From positions 2,878 to 66,877 of the forward strand of contig JAFSPA010000010.1 in NCBI GenBank assembly GCA_017443145.1: DNA of 64,000 nucleotides. The letters run 5' to 3'. The notes below the pieces were generated by a model. The model ran no database searches, had not been told where the DNA came from, and saw only the letters and a program-made list of their open reading frames with translations. The DNA comes from Paludibacteraceae bacterium (GTDB taxonomy: Bacteria; Bacteroidota; Bacteroidia; Bacteroidales; Paludibacteraceae). Below, piece after piece: positions 37,173 through 47,884 of the stretch. The translations under genes were made by a program, and so were the position numbers. Positions within the stretch are counted from its first letter, which is position 1; every line of letters starts with the position of its first letter.

Positions 37173-38852
37173 ATGGATATGAAAAAGATATTTATTATTA
37201 GCGTCATTGCTCTTGCAGCTCTTTCGTTGAACAGCTGTAAGGACATGTTAGAGGAGGAAGTCTATGGACAACCTACCGCGGACGAAATGCTCACTGACCC
37301 CAACAACGTTGCCAAGGTTGTAGGTCAAGCTTACGCTGAAGTGAAGTGGTTGCATGACCACTGGGGCTATTGGGGCATCACTACTATCTCATCGGACGAG
37401 TGCGTTAACCCGGTACGTGACCCGGGTCAAGACTGGAATGATGATGGTTACTGGAAAGGCTTTAACGACCATTCTTGGACAGCTAATGACCTTAGTTTTG
37501 AGTTCGTATGGCAATACTCCAACGCCGGTGCAGTGCTCTGTAACAAGATTCTGAGCCAGCTTGACGGTATTAAGGAAACGCTTGACCCTGCGGTATATAC
37601 ACAGTTCACCGCTGAGTTGAAGGTGCTTCGTACGTACTATTACTACACGCTGTTTGATGCGTTTGGACGTATCCCGTATCTGGATAACTACTCGTCTGCT
37701 TCTGTTCCGCAGAGTGAGACTTGGGAGATTTGGAACAAACTCGTGACCTGCTTGGAAGAAGAGGCTCCGAACCTGCCTGTTATCACGGAGAAGAACCGCG
37801 CAGAGAACTACGGTCGTTGCTCACAGGGTATGGCTTATACGTTGCTTGCTCGTCTGTATCTGAATGCGCCTTCTTTCGGTGTGACACCTGCTAACTGTGG
37901 TATCAAAGGCATCGAATCGGATCAAGACTTCTACAAGAAAGCTGTAGATGCTTGCGAACAAGTAAGACAATCGAAAGCTTATCGTATTGAGGATGATTTC
38001 TTCACCAACTTCAAGATTCATAACGAGAACAGTTTGGAGAATATCTTCGTTATCGTAGAGGATGGTAATGCCAACTTCGACTATCGTGACGCAGCCGGTA
38101 AGATGGCTAATAAGTTGCGTATCACGATGTTGACGCTCAACTACTGCCACAAGACCTGCTGGGATATGTTGGAGAAGCCGTGGAACGGATTCTGTGCTCC
38201 TACGGACTTCATTCAGACCTACGAGTACGGTGTAGATAAACGTGGTCCTTGTGACTCCGTACGTGGTACCCTTGCTTGCGACGGTTGGGGATGGTTCCTC
38301 GGCCCGGTTTATGACAAGAACGGTGTCGATATCCTGAAGATGACGGATAAGGGTAACCTGCCGGCAGTGATGACCTCTCTGGTTACGTCGCTGACCAAAG
38401 CTACCCACAACGATGGTGCTCGTCTGCTCAAGTATGAGGTGGACAAACAAGGTACCTGCAAATACTGCGAGAACGACTTTGTGCTGATGCGTTATGCGGA
38501 AGTACTCTATACGGAGTATGAGGCAGCTCTGCGTGCAGGCGGTGACTACTCGAAGTATTGCACAGAGCTGTTGGCTGATGCTGAGTTCCAGAAGATTCGT
38601 ACTCGTGCAGGAGTGGCTCCTTACGCTTCGCTTGACCTCAACGAACTGCTTGTTGAGCGTGGACGTGAGTTCGCTTGGGAGATGCTTCGTCGTCGTGACT
38701 TGATTCGTTACAATAAATTCTCGAAGGGCGAGTGGCAATTCAAAGAGGCAGCAGAGGATAACCACCGTGACTGGTTCCCAATCCCACGTAAGATGATTGA
38801 GACCTCAGGCGGACTCTGGACGCAGAACCCTGGTTATACAACCGATAAATAA
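37173..38852 (+). CDS. SusD/RagB family nutrient-binding lipoprotein
   Basis: Lipobox LSLNSCKD. It immediately follows SusC. About 560 aa, TPR-like with aromatic-rich loops. Confidence 0.88.
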   Translation: MDMKKIFIISVIALAALSLNSCKDMLEEEVYGQPTADEMLTDPNNVAKVVGQAYAEVKWLHDHWGYWGITTISSDECVNPVRDPGQDWNDDGYWKGFNDHSWTANDLSFEFVWQYSNAGAVLCNKILSQLDGIKETLDPAVYTQFTAELKVLRTYYYYTLFDAFGRIPYLDNYSSASVPQSETWEIWNKLVTCLEEEAPNLPVITEKNRAENYGRCSQGMAYTLLARLYLNAPSFGVTPANCGIKGIESDQDFYKKAVDACEQVRQSKAYRIEDDFFTNFKIHNENSLENIFVIVEDGNANFDYRDAAGKMANKLRITMLTLNYCHKTCWDMLEKPWNGFCAPTDFIQTYEYGVDKRGPCDSVRGTLACDGWGWFLGPVYDKNGVDILKMTDKGNLPAVMTSLVTSLTKATHNDGARLLKYEVDKQGTCKYCENDFVLMRYAEVLYTEYEAALRAGGDYSKYCTELLADAEFQKIRTRAGVAPYASLDLNELLVERGREFAWEMLRRRDLIRYNKFSKGEWQFKEAAEDNHRDWFPIPRKMIETSGGLWTQNPGYTTDK

Positions 38853-38918
38853 ACATATATAAGTTCCGCTTATATATCAAAATAAACCAATTTATTAACT
38901 TAATTAAAAATCTTTTGT

Positions 38919-40181
38919 ATGAAAAAGTTATTTTTAGCCTTTATGGCAGTTGCAACAATCGCAATGATTGGTTGTAAAAAAGATGAACCTACAAACTCTG
39001 GAGAAGGTGGAAATGACAATCCGACGCCGACTCCAACGCCAACCGACGTCATTCCTGACGGTTATGTTCAGATCTTGATCCAAGTTCCGGACGGCGAAGA
39101 GTGCCACGGTATCTACCTGAAAGGTTCCTTGAATGGTTCTGAATGGTCCGGTGAAAACACCTACATTGGTCTCGAAACAGCTGCAGCTGATGCTGACAAT
39201 GCTATCAAGTTCGAGCGTATTGCTGAAAAGAGCGATTTCTTCAAGGCTAACTTCAAACTCGGTACCTATGGTTTGGAAGCAGCTGTTTGCCAAAAGTATC
39301 CTAATGATGGTTCATGGCAAGGTAAGAGCCTCAAGGTAAAACTCATTGCTGACCAAACCACTTTGGAAGGTGCTGATCAACTGGAACTCCCGCAATTCCA
39401 TATTCCTGCAGGCACCAAACCTGGTGTTCTCGCTCTTAAGATTGGTGGCTGGGAGCATAGTGAATGCGTTAAGGCTAACGAGCCTGGTCAAGCTATCTTC
39501 ACGATGAAGTCGAAAGTGGCTCTGCCTGAGGGTACGAAAGTTGGTATTACCGGTGTGAACCTCGAAGGTAAAGGTGACTGGGATCACGCTAATCCTATCA
39601 TCATGACCAAGCAATCTGATGGTTCCTACATGGCAATCAACAACGTAGGCGCAAACTGCGTTTATAAGTATGTTCTTTGCTTTGCTGATGAAGCTGGCTT
39701 CCAAGACAAACACGGTCACGTTATCGACGGTGACGCTGGTAACCTCGTAATGCCTGTTAGCTTGGCACCTGTTGACGAAGTTGACGAGTGGCTCGAGTTC
39801 GACAAGCACTATCTGCCCGAAGATTTCGACAAAGAGAAACACGTTTGGGGTATCATTGGCGCTGCTGTAGGTGGCTGGGACGTTACTAACGATGTAGTTA
39901 TGGCATATGCTGCTGACGAAGGTGGCTACTACGTAGCTGAGGCTGCTAATGTTGACATGGCTGCTGGTAATTTCAAGCTCCGTGAGAATAAAGCTTGGGA
40001 TGTGAACTTAGGTTGGTCGGCTCTCAATGGCAAGATTGCCGGTGATGTTGAGAACTTCGAGGATGCAGGTGCTGATGACAACATCAACTGTAAAGTTGCT
40101 ACCAAGTACGCGAAGGTTACCTTCAAGTTCAAATGGACCGGCTCCGCAGTTACGGATTACACTCTCACTTTCACGAAGTAA
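38919..40181 (+). CDS. SusE/SusF-like surface glycan-binding lipoprotein
   Basis: Lipobox MIGCKKDE and a Thr/Pro linker. The C-terminal module WGIIGAAVGGWDVTNDVVM...GNFKLRENKAWDVNLGW resembles SusE/F CBM-like domains. Its position after SusD also fits. Confidence 0.55.
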   Translation: MKKLFLAFMAVATIAMIGCKKDEPTNSGEGGNDNPTPTPTPTDVIPDGYVQILIQVPDGEECHGIYLKGSLNGSEWSGENTYIGLETAAADADNAIKFERIAEKSDFFKANFKLGTYGLEAAVCQKYPNDGSWQGKSLKVKLIADQTTLEGADQLELPQFHIPAGTKPGVLALKIGGWEHSECVKANEPGQAIFTMKSKVALPEGTKVGITGVNLEGKGDWDHANPIIMTKQSDGSYMAINNVGANCVYKYVLCFADEAGFQDKHGHVIDGDAGNLVMPVSLAPVDEVDEWLEFDKHYLPEDFDKEKHVWGIIGAAVGGWDVTNDVVMAYAADEGGYYVAEAANVDMAAGNFKLRENKAWDVNLGWSALNGKIAGDVENFEDAGADDNINCKVATKYAKVTFKFKWTGSAVTDYTLTFTK

Positions 40182-40190
40182 TTTATTAAC

Positions 40191-40227
40191 TATCGTAGGG
40201 GCATGCAACCCGTGTGCCTCTACGATA
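40191..40227 (+). terminator. 12-bp stem hairpin after the SusE/F-like gene (no U-tract)
   Basis: TATCGTAGGGGC - 13-nt loop - GCCTCTACGATA. It may be a weak terminator or an RNA processing site. Confidence 0.35.
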
Positions 40228-40258
40228 ACTTAAAAACGAATTGGACAGATTGTAAATT

Positions 40259-41641
40259 ATGAACAAAAAGTTTTCATTATTAGTATTAATATCGGCACTT
40301 TGCCTTGTCGGCTGTAAAACCGACACGGTGAACAGCTTCTCCTTTGAGAAGGACGAGGTGACAGTTGAAGCTACCAAATATGCCCAACTCGTTCTTAATG
40401 TTAAACCTTCAAATTCTGAAGCATGGATTGAATGGTCATCTTCTAACGAGAATGTAGTGGTACTGGCAGGAGGTAGTTCTTCCACTTTCGTACGCTCGGT
40501 TATGGGTGTGAACGCCGGTACAGCTGTCATTACTGCTAAAGTGAGAGGTGACGTTTCCAAATCAGCTCAATGTACCATTAAGGTGTACAACGTAGCAGCA
40601 ACGGATATTAAGTTCTCGTGCAGTAAGTCCGACTCTACCTATATTTCCGGCGATGCCATTAAGATGACGGCTGGTAAGACGATGGAACTCAAGGCTACTG
40701 TGCTGCCTGACAACGCAAGCTTCAAGACCGTTACATGGTCGTCCTCCAACGACTCGGTGGCTTCTATTAACGAGAGAGGTATCATCAATGCCAACAAAGT
40801 GGGTACTGCTGTTATCACCGCCACCGATTATCTCGGCCAAGTGAAGAAGAGCATCAACCTTACCGTAGAGGCTATTCCTGTGCAGAGCGTTTTCATTATG
40901 GAAAATCCTGATTTCCAGAAACTCGAGGGCGAGACGAAGTATTCCATTACCAATACCTACGCTGTTCTTCCTACGATAGCTACTAACAGAAAAGTAACCG
41001 TTACCAGTTCCGACCTCAAAGTGGTGAAAGTGCTTAGTCCCGACACTATTTTGACCGTTGCTCCCGGTGAGGCTACTATCACTATCACGACCGAGGATGG
41101 CGGTAAGACCGGCTCCTTCAATCTCAAGGTGATTGAGACCGCTTTGCGTGGTTTCAAGATTGCGGTAGATACTATCCGGATGAACGTAGGTGAGAAATAC
41201 GATATCCCGTGCGTCTTCACTCCTGCTAACGCTACCAATAAGGACGTAACCGGAACATCCGACGCACCTGCTGTCGTAGAGGTGATTGATGCGAACACTA
41301 TCAAGGCTGTAGCTGCCGGAAAAGCGACTGTAGAACTCACATGTGGTACCTACAAAGCTTCCGTAGTAGTTGTGGTTAAGACTGCCGTAGAGAGCATCGC
41401 TTGCACCGAGGATACGAAGACTATCAAGGTGGGCGAGGAATACGAAATCGCATACACCATCTTACCTGCTGACGCTACCAACAAGAACGTTATGGTAACA
41501 ATAGCTGACGATTCCATACTTCAATTAGTAAGCGGAACAAAGGTTAAAGCATTATCAGAAGGAAAAACTACCGTTACTCTGACCACAGAGGACGGTAATA
41601 AATCCGATAAGATCATTATCAAAGTTGAACCGGCTGAGTAA
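40259..41641 (+). CDS. Lipoprotein made of tandem bacterial Ig-like (Big_2) domains
   Basis: Lipobox LVGCKTD. Five to six repeats of about 85 aa with the V..V.A...G.A.ITA pattern. Confidence 0.7.
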   Translation: MNKKFSLLVLISALCLVGCKTDTVNSFSFEKDEVTVEATKYAQLVLNVKPSNSEAWIEWSSSNENVVVLAGGSSSTFVRSVMGVNAGTAVITAKVRGDVSKSAQCTIKVYNVAATDIKFSCSKSDSTYISGDAIKMTAGKTMELKATVLPDNASFKTVTWSSSNDSVASINERGIINANKVGTAVITATDYLGQVKKSINLTVEAIPVQSVFIMENPDFQKLEGETKYSITNTYAVLPTIATNRKVTVTSSDLKVVKVLSPDTILTVAPGEATITITTEDGGKTGSFNLKVIETALRGFKIAVDTIRMNVGEKYDIPCVFTPANATNKDVTGTSDAPAVVEVIDANTIKAVAAGKATVELTCGTYKASVVVVVKTAVESIACTEDTKTIKVGEEYEIAYTILPADATNKNVMVTIADDSILQLVSGTKVKALSEGKTTVTLTTEDGNKSDKIIIKVEPAE

Positions 41642-41674
41642 TATCTCATAGTTCAGTTCGACTGCGAACATAAA

Positions 41675-41700
41675 AGAGAGTCCTTCGGGGCTCTCTTTTT
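41675..41700 (+). terminator. Rho-independent terminator
   Basis: AGAGAGTCC-TTCG-GGGCTCTCT followed by TTTT. Confidence 0.8.
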
Positions 41701-41740
41701 GTGTGAATGTACATTATTTTAGTAAAAATAATGGTTTTTC

Positions 41741-41771
41741 TTGCAGATATCATTTTTTTTTTGTACTTTTG
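41741..41771 (+). promoter_or_regulatory. Promoter for fumarate hydratase (TTG-N20-TACTTTTG)
   Basis: TActTTTG at 41764-41771, 26 nt before the ATG at 41797. Confidence 0.55.
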
Positions 41772-41796
41772 CGGCCAAATTGTAAAATGCATTACT

Positions 41797-43434
41797 ATGG
41801 ACTATAAGTATGAGCCTATGTTTCAACTCGGTAAAGACGAGACCGAGTACTATCTGCTGACCAAGGACTATGTGTCGGTTGGCGAGTTTGAAGGTCACGA
41901 GATGCTGAAGGTTGCTCCTGAAGGTCTGACGTTGATGGCGCAACAAGCGTTTCACGACGTGAGCTTTATGCTGCGCCGCTCTCACAACGAGCAGGTGGCT
42001 AAGATCCTGCGTGACCCGGAGGCCAGTGATAACGATAAGTACGTGGCACTCACTTTCCTGCGCAATGCGGAAGTGGCTGCGAAAGGTCAGTTGCCGCTCT
42101 GCCAGGACACCGGTACCGCTATTATCCACGGCGAAAAGGGACAATGTGTTTGGACAGGCTTCGATGACGAAGAGGCTTTGAGCGAAGGTGTGTATAACAC
42201 CTATACACAGTGCAACCTGCGTTATAGCCAGAATGCTCCGCTCGATATGTACAACGAGGTGAATACGAAGTGCAACCTGCCGGCACAGATTGACTTAGAG
42301 GCTACTCACGGCATGGAATATCGATTCCTGTGCGTGACTAAAGGTGGTGGTAGTGCCAACAAGACCTACCTCTATCAGGAGACAAAGGCGCGTATCCAGA
42401 ACCCGGGCACGTTGATTCCTTTCCTTGTAGAGAAGATGAAGAGCCTTGGTACAGCTGCTTGTCCGCCGTATCATATCGCTATCGTTATCGGTGGTACAAG
42501 CGCCGAGAAGAACCTGCTGACGGTCAAACTTGCGTCCACGCACTATTACGACAGCCTGCCGACAACGGGTAATGCTTCCGGCCGTGCTTTCCGCGATGTA
42601 GAACTGGAGAAACAACTGCTGCAAGAGGCGTATAAGATCGGTCTCGGCGCACAGTTCGGCGGTAAGTATATGGCGCATGACGTGCGCGTTATTCGTCTGC
42701 CGCGTCACGGCGCATCTTGCCCGATTGGTCTCGGCGTAAGCTGCTCGGCGGACCGCAATATCAAATGCAAAATCAATAAGGACGGTATATGGATTGAGAA
42801 AATGGATAACAATCCCGGCAGTCTGATCCCAGCTGAGTTGCGCAACGCAGGCGAGGGTGATGCTGTTCGTATCGACCTCAACCAACCGATGAAGGATGTC
42901 TGCGCTATTCTCACCAAGTACCCCATCGGTACGCGTCTTAGCTTGAACGGCACCATCATCGTAGGCCGTGATATCGCGCATGCGAAAATCAAAGCCCGTC
43001 TCGATGCTGGCGAAGCCATGCCGCAATATCTCAAGGACCATCCTATCTACTACGCCGGTCCGGCTAAGACGCCTAAAGGCATGGCTTGCGGTTCGATGGG
43101 CCCGACTACGGCAGGACGTATGGATCCGTATGTGGACGAGTTCCAAGATCACGGAGGCAGTCTCATCATGCTGGCGAAGGGTAATCGCTCAATCGACGTG
43201 ACCAACGCTTGCCAGAAACATGGCGGTTTCTACCTCGGTTCGATTGGCGGTCCGGCTGCTATCTTAGCACAAGAGAACATCAAGTCCATCGAGTGCGTCG
43301 AATATCCCGAACTCGGAATGGAAGCTATCTGGAAGATAGAAGTGGAGAACTTCCCTGCTTTCATCCTTGTGGACGATAAAGGTAATGATTTCTTTAAGCA
43401 ACTCAAACCCTGTGCAGGCTGCACAATTCTATAA
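41797..43434 (+). CDS. fumB: Class I (Fe-S) fumarate hydratase
   Basis: CQDTGTAII and GGGSANK motifs. About 545 aa. The start was moved to MDYKYEPMF. Confidence 0.88.
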   Translation: MDYKYEPMFQLGKDETEYYLLTKDYVSVGEFEGHEMLKVAPEGLTLMAQQAFHDVSFMLRRSHNEQVAKILRDPEASDNDKYVALTFLRNAEVAAKGQLPLCQDTGTAIIHGEKGQCVWTGFDDEEALSEGVYNTYTQCNLRYSQNAPLDMYNEVNTKCNLPAQIDLEATHGMEYRFLCVTKGGGSANKTYLYQETKARIQNPGTLIPFLVEKMKSLGTAACPPYHIAIVIGGTSAEKNLLTVKLASTHYYDSLPTTGNASGRAFRDVELEKQLLQEAYKIGLGAQFGGKYMAHDVRVIRLPRHGASCPIGLGVSCSADRNIKCKINKDGIWIEKMDNNPGSLIPAELRNAGEGDAVRIDLNQPMKDVCAILTKYPIGTRLSLNGTIIVGRDIAHAKIKARLDAGEAMPQYLKDHPIYYAGPAKTPKGMACGSMGPTTAGRMDPYVDEFQDHGGSLIMLAKGNRSIDVTNACQKHGGFYLGSIGGPAAILAQENIKSIECVEYPELGMEAIWKIEVENFPAFILVDDKGNDFFKQLKPCAGCTIL

Positions 43435-43437
43435 CCT

Positions 43438-44274
43438 ATGCCGGAGAAGAGAGATAGTTTTTGGAAGCGGCTGCTGTATAAGTATCGCTTGAGTATTCTC
43501 AACGAGGACACATTTAATGAGATTTGGCATACAAGGCTGAGTCGTATGAGTGTGTTCGTGCTTCTCACGTTTTCTTTCTTCCTCACGTTAGGTATCTACT
43601 CGTTGCTTATTTTCTACACGCCGATACGTAATATCCTGCCCGGTTACTCGGAGAGTATTCGTCAGCGCTTGGTGGAAGAGACGGTGCGTGTCGATTCGTT
43701 GAGCACGACGCTCAGTGTGCAGACGCAGTATCTGTCCGTCATCCGCGATATCATGGCGGGTGAGGTGAAGTCCGATACGGTGCAGAGTCTCGACTCCTTG
43801 CAGATTGTGCAACGCGAACAGTTGTTGCAAAAAGCCAAGAGTGAGGCTACCGAGGAGTTTATGGCGCAGTATGAGGCGAAGGAGAAGGACAACTTGCAAC
43901 TCTTTGATGTGCAGCAGGTTACGCCTGTCGTGGCTTTCTTCCGCCCTGCTCACGGTGTCATAGAGGAACATTATCTGCCGGAGAATAAGCAGTTCGGTGT
44001 TGCCATCAAGACACCGGCAAACGAGAACGCGACTGCGGTGCTGCCAGGAACGGTTCTGTTGGTCGAGTATCAGATCAACAACACCTATATGATGGTCATC
44101 CAACACAGCGATTATCTGTCCGTTTACCGCAATTTAGACAAGCCGCTCAAACGGGTAGGGGATGTCGTGAAAGAGGGCGAGAGTATCGCTATCACCTCCA
44201 ACGCTGAGTTGATGTACTTTGAGTTATGGCGTCGTGGTGAGACGGTGAATCCGGAAGAAGTAATCGTCTTTTAA
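43438..44274 (+). CDS. Degenerate LytM/M23-domain membrane protein (EnvC/NlpD-like, probably non-catalytic)
   Basis: N-terminal TM helix, a coiled region, and a C-terminal M23 fold. The zinc ligands are replaced: QFGVAI for HxGxD, YRNL for YxHL, YFEL for HFE. Confidence 0.65.
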   Translation: MPEKRDSFWKRLLYKYRLSILNEDTFNEIWHTRLSRMSVFVLLTFSFFLTLGIYSLLIFYTPIRNILPGYSESIRQRLVEETVRVDSLSTTLSVQTQYLSVIRDIMAGEVKSDTVQSLDSLQIVQREQLLQKAKSEATEEFMAQYEAKEKDNLQLFDVQQVTPVVAFFRPAHGVIEEHYLPENKQFGVAIKTPANENATAVLPGTVLLVEYQINNTYMMVIQHSDYLSVYRNLDKPLKRVGDVVKEGESIAITSNAELMYFELWRRGETVNPEEVIVF

Positions 44275-44296
44275 AGACTAAAGTCGAATAGAAAAA

Positions 44297-45454
44297 GTGA
44301 AAGTTAAGCAGTTAGCGATATTAGGTTCTACAGGTTCTATCGGAACGCAGACATTGGATGTGGTGCGCTCTAATCCTGACCGTTTTGCGGTGTACGCTAT
44401 CTGTGCGCATCGAAGTGTGGACTTGCTCGTTAAACAGGCCCAAGAGTTCAAGCCCGAAGTGGTGTGCATCGCCGACGAGAGTCAGTATGATGCCCTTCGC
44501 TCTCAGCTCTCTGCTCTTGGCTATCAAGGTAAGGTCTGGGCAGGAATGAACTCGATTGTCGATATGGTCACTTTCCCCAGTATCGATATCGTCGTCGCTT
44601 CGATGGTCGGATACGCCGGCTTACGCCCTACTATTGCTGCTATTGAGGCTGGTAAGACTATTGCGCTCGCGAACAAAGAGACGCTGGTTGTGGCGGGAGA
44701 ACTCATCTGCGAATTGGCGCAGAAACATCACGCACCGATACTTCCGGTGGATAGCGAACATTCGGCTATTTTTCAGTCGCTTGTCGGCGAGAATACCAAC
44801 GAGATAGAGAAAATCCTTCTCACGGCATCAGGCGGACCGTTTCGCACCTACACTGTAGACCAGATGGCGTACGTCACCGCTGCCGATGCGCTCAAGCACC
44901 CGAACTGGGATATGGGCCAGAAGATAACGATTGACTCCGCATCGATGATGAACAAGGGCTTCGAGGTCATTGAGGCCAAGTGGCTCTTTGGCGTGCCGGC
45001 AGAGAAGATAGAGGTGCTAATCCATCCGCAGTCAATAGTGCATTCGGCGGTGCAGTTCCGTGACGGGGCTGTGAAGGCGCAACTGGGTGCACCGGATATG
45101 CGTCTGCCCATACAGTATGCCTTAGCGTATCCTGAGCGTATCGTAAGCGACTTTCCGCGGGTCGATCTGTTCGCTATTCGTGACCTCACTTTTGAGCAAC
45201 CCGACCTCAGCCGTTTCCCGAATTTGCGTCTTGCGTACGAGGCAACGAACAAGGGCGGAAACATGCCCTGTGTGCTCAATGCCGCTAACGAAGTGGTCAA
45301 TCTCGCTTTCCGCGAAGGTCGATGCGGCTTCCTGCAGATGTCGGACATCATTGCCCAGACCATGCAAAAGGCAACTTTTATCGCCAAACCAACCTACGAC
45401 GACTATGTGGCTTCAGACTCTGAAGCGCGTAACATTGCAACCACATTATTATGA
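44297..45454 (+). CDS. dxr: 1-deoxy-D-xylulose-5-phosphate reductoisomerase
   Basis: LAILGSTGSIGTQTLDV, LANKETLV, DSEHSAIFQ. GTG start. Confidence 0.92.
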   Translation: MKVKQLAILGSTGSIGTQTLDVVRSNPDRFAVYAICAHRSVDLLVKQAQEFKPEVVCIADESQYDALRSQLSALGYQGKVWAGMNSIVDMVTFPSIDIVVASMVGYAGLRPTIAAIEAGKTIALANKETLVVAGELICELAQKHHAPILPVDSEHSAIFQSLVGENTNEIEKILLTASGGPFRTYTVDQMAYVTAADALKHPNWDMGQKITIDSASMMNKGFEVIEAKWLFGVPAEKIEVLIHPQSIVHSAVQFRDGAVKAQLGAPDMRLPIQYALAYPERIVSDFPRVDLFAIRDLTFEQPDLSRFPNLRLAYEATNKGGNMPCVLNAANEVVNLAFREGRCGFLQMSDIIAQTMQKATFIAKPTYDDYVASDSEARNIATTLL

Positions 45455-46893
45455 TTCAATTCTTACAGTTAATACTCGCCCTTTCGTTTCTCGTGGTTAT
45501 CCATGAGTTCGGGCATTTCCTCTTCGCTCGCCTCTTCAAAGTACGTGTCGAGAAGTTCTATATGTTCTTCAACCCCAAATTCTCGCTCTTCCGTGCCAAG
45601 AAGTTCGACGGCAAGTGGCATTTTGCTTTCTGCGCCAAGAACGTAGAGGAGGACGACGAGTGGGCAAAGCATCCCGAGAACACCGAGTGGGGTATCGGTT
45701 GGATTCCGTTTGGCGGTTATTGCGCCATCTCAGGAATGGTGGACGAGACCCACAGCAGCGAAGATATAGCTAAGACACCGGCACAACCGTGGGAGTTCCG
45801 CTCGAAGAATGTCTTCCAGCGCATGCTTATCATCCTCGGTGGTATATTGGTCAATTTCGTAGCCGCCTTGGTTATCTTCAGCGCCCTGCTCTTTACGCAC
45901 GGTACAGACCGTCTGCCGCTACGCAATGTGGATTCGGGACTCTATTTCTCGCAAATCTTACTGGACGAGGGCTTCCAACAGCACGATAAAATCATCGCCA
46001 TCGACGGCCAAGAGCCGGAGGACGTGACGGATGTCATGCAGTGGATCATCCTCGAAGGCCGCAAGAATATCACCGTACTGCGCGGACAGGACACTATCGG
46101 ACTCGTTATGTCCGATGACTTGGGCACTCGTTTCCTCGCTGAACAGAACGATTTTGCCCGTGCCGAGCGCGATAAGAAACGTGCCGACAAGTCGTATATG
46201 AAGCGCAACTACATCCTCGCTACCGAGTTCGTACCGTTCGTTATCGACTCGGTGATGCCTCAACACGCTGCCGACTTGGCGGGAATGCAGAAAGGTGACA
46301 GTGTCGTAGCCGTTAACGGTATTCCGACGCCGTGTCACGTACAAGTGACCAACGAGCTGCAGAAGCATCCGTGCGACAGTATAACCCTCGATTATTACCG
46401 TCAGGGCGAACTGCACCAAGCGCACCTCTTCATTGGCGACCAGGCGCTCATTGGTGTGATTATTAAGAATAAGTACCAGTATTTCCCGCTCGAACATAAG
46501 TCCTACACCTTCTTCGAGTCTATTCCGGCGGGTATTCAGTACGGCTGGCAGACGCTCGTGACCTACGTCAAGCAGTTCCGTCTCGTCTTCACCAAAGAGG
46601 GTGCACAGTCGGTTGGCGGTTTTGGCGCGATAGGTTCGATGTTCCCGGGCTTCTGGAACTGGTTCGCTTTCTGGCATATGACGGCGTTCCTAAGCCTCAT
46701 TCTGGCCTTCATGAATTTCCTGCCTATTCCCGCGCTGGACGGCGGATACGTGCTCTTCTTGCTCTTTGAGATGATAACCCGCAAGCAACCGAGCGATAAG
46801 TTCCTTGAAGTGGCGAATAACATCGGCTTCTGGCTGCTTATTGCGCTGCTTATTTTTGCGAATGGTAACGATATACTGAAACTCTTCTTCTAA
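45451..46893 (+). CDS. rseP: RIP (site-2) zinc metalloprotease
   Basis: HEFGHF motif, PDZ region, and C-terminal [11 protein letters not shown]. Confidence 0.9.
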   Translation: MIQFLQLILALSFLVVIHEFGHFLFARLFKVRVEKFYMFFNPKFSLFRAKKFDGKWHFAFCAKNVEEDDEWAKHPENTEWGIGWIPFGGYCAISGMVDETHSSEDIAKTPAQPWEFRSKNVFQRMLIILGGILVNFVAALVIFSALLFTHGTDRLPLRNVDSGLYFSQILLDEGFQQHDKIIAIDGQEPEDVTDVMQWIILEGRKNITVLRGQDTIGLVMSDDLGTRFLAEQNDFARAERDKKRADKSYMKRNYILATEFVPFVIDSVMPQHAADLAGMQKGDSVVAVNGIPTPCHVQVTNELQKHPCDSITLDYYRQGELHQAHLFIGDQALIGVIIKNKYQYFPLEHKSYTFFESIPAGIQYGWQTLVTYVKQFRLVFTKEGAQSVGGFGAIGSMFPGFWNWFAFWHMTAFLSLILAFMNFLPIPALDGGYVLFLLFEMITRKQPSDKFLEVANNIGFWLLIALLIFANGNDILKLFF

Positions 46894-47408
46894 TGGATTA
46901 TTTTGTTCATGAGTCGTCTTACGTGGACGAAGGTTGTAAAATCGGCAAGGGCACGAAAATTTGGCATTTCAGTCATATCATGTCGGGCTGTGTCATCGGT
47001 GAGGACTGCAATATCGGTCAGAATGTAGTCATTTCGCCGGACGTGGTTTTGGGACGCAATTGCAAGATACAAAATAATGTATCTGTCTATACAGGAGTGC
47101 GTTGCGAGGATGATGTCTTCCTTGGGCCGTCAATGGTTTTCACCAATGTCATCAATCCTCGCGCAGCCGTTAGTCGCAAGCACGAGTACCGCGAAACAAT
47201 CATTAAGAAAGGTGCTTCTGTTGGTGCCAATGCTACGATCGTCTGCGGACACACGCTGGGCGAATACTGCCTCATAGGTGCGGGTAGTGTAGTCACCAAA
47301 GATGTGCCTGCCTACGCACTCATGGTCGGCAATCCTGCTCGACAAATAGGGTGGGTAAATAAAATAGGTGAAAAAGTGGCTTCTTTGCAGGAAGCAGTTA
47401 AGAGTTAA
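46893..47408 (+). CDS. Left-handed beta-helix (hexapeptide) sugar N-acetyltransferase, WbpD/WlbB-like
   Basis: Hexapeptide repeats, [28 protein letters not shown]. Confidence 0.7.
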   Translation: MDYFVHESSYVDEGCKIGKGTKIWHFSHIMSGCVIGEDCNIGQNVVISPDVVLGRNCKIQNNVSVYTGVRCEDDVFLGPSMVFTNVINPRAAVSRKHEYRETIIKKGASVGANATIVCGHTLGEYCLIGAGSVVTKDVPAYALMVGNPARQIGWVNKIGEKVASLQEAVKS

Positions 47409-47420
47409 AAGTTAAGAGAG

Positions 47421-47861
47421 ATGATACAGAGAATACAAACCTTATATTTATTAGCTATCGTAGCATTAGGCATCGCCCTGATCTTCCTGCCTGTCGCAGA
47501 ATTAGTCACGAACGAGTTCCAAGTCTATGAACTCGGTGCATTTCGTCACGTGCCGTTAGAAGGTCTCTGGGGATTAGCCGTTACCACAATACTGATTCCG
47601 GCACTCGCTTTCGTCGATATCTTCCTCTTTAAGAAACGGGTACTGCAAGCACGCCTTAATATCTTTCTGGCCATTCTGTGCCTCGGATATTACGGTATTC
47701 TGTTTATGTATATCTGGTTTGCGAAGATGAATTTCGCCGTTGAATGGAATATCACTTTCTGGGCTTGTATCCCATTGATATGCTTTATTTTAACCCTTAT
47801 GGCTACCCGCCGAATCCTCAAAGACGAAGCGCTCGTTCGCGCTGCTGACCGAATTCGCTAA
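47421..47861 (+). CDS. DUF4293 family membrane protein
   Basis: MIQRIQTLYLL start and 4 TM helices. Length 146 aa. Confidence 0.6.
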   Translation: MIQRIQTLYLLAIVALGIALIFLPVAELVTNEFQVYELGAFRHVPLEGLWGLAVTTILIPALAFVDIFLFKKRVLQARLNIFLAILCLGYYGILFMYIWFAKMNFAVEWNITFWACIPLICFILTLMATRRILKDEALVRAADRIR

Positions 47862-47884
47862 ACCCTAAACGCTAAACCCTCAAC
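47855..47884. repeat. 7/14-bp tandem repeat CGCTAAACCCTAAA CGCTAAACCCTCAA flanked by GAATTCG/CGAATTC
   Basis: It overlaps the stop codons of two convergent genes. Confidence 0.85.
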
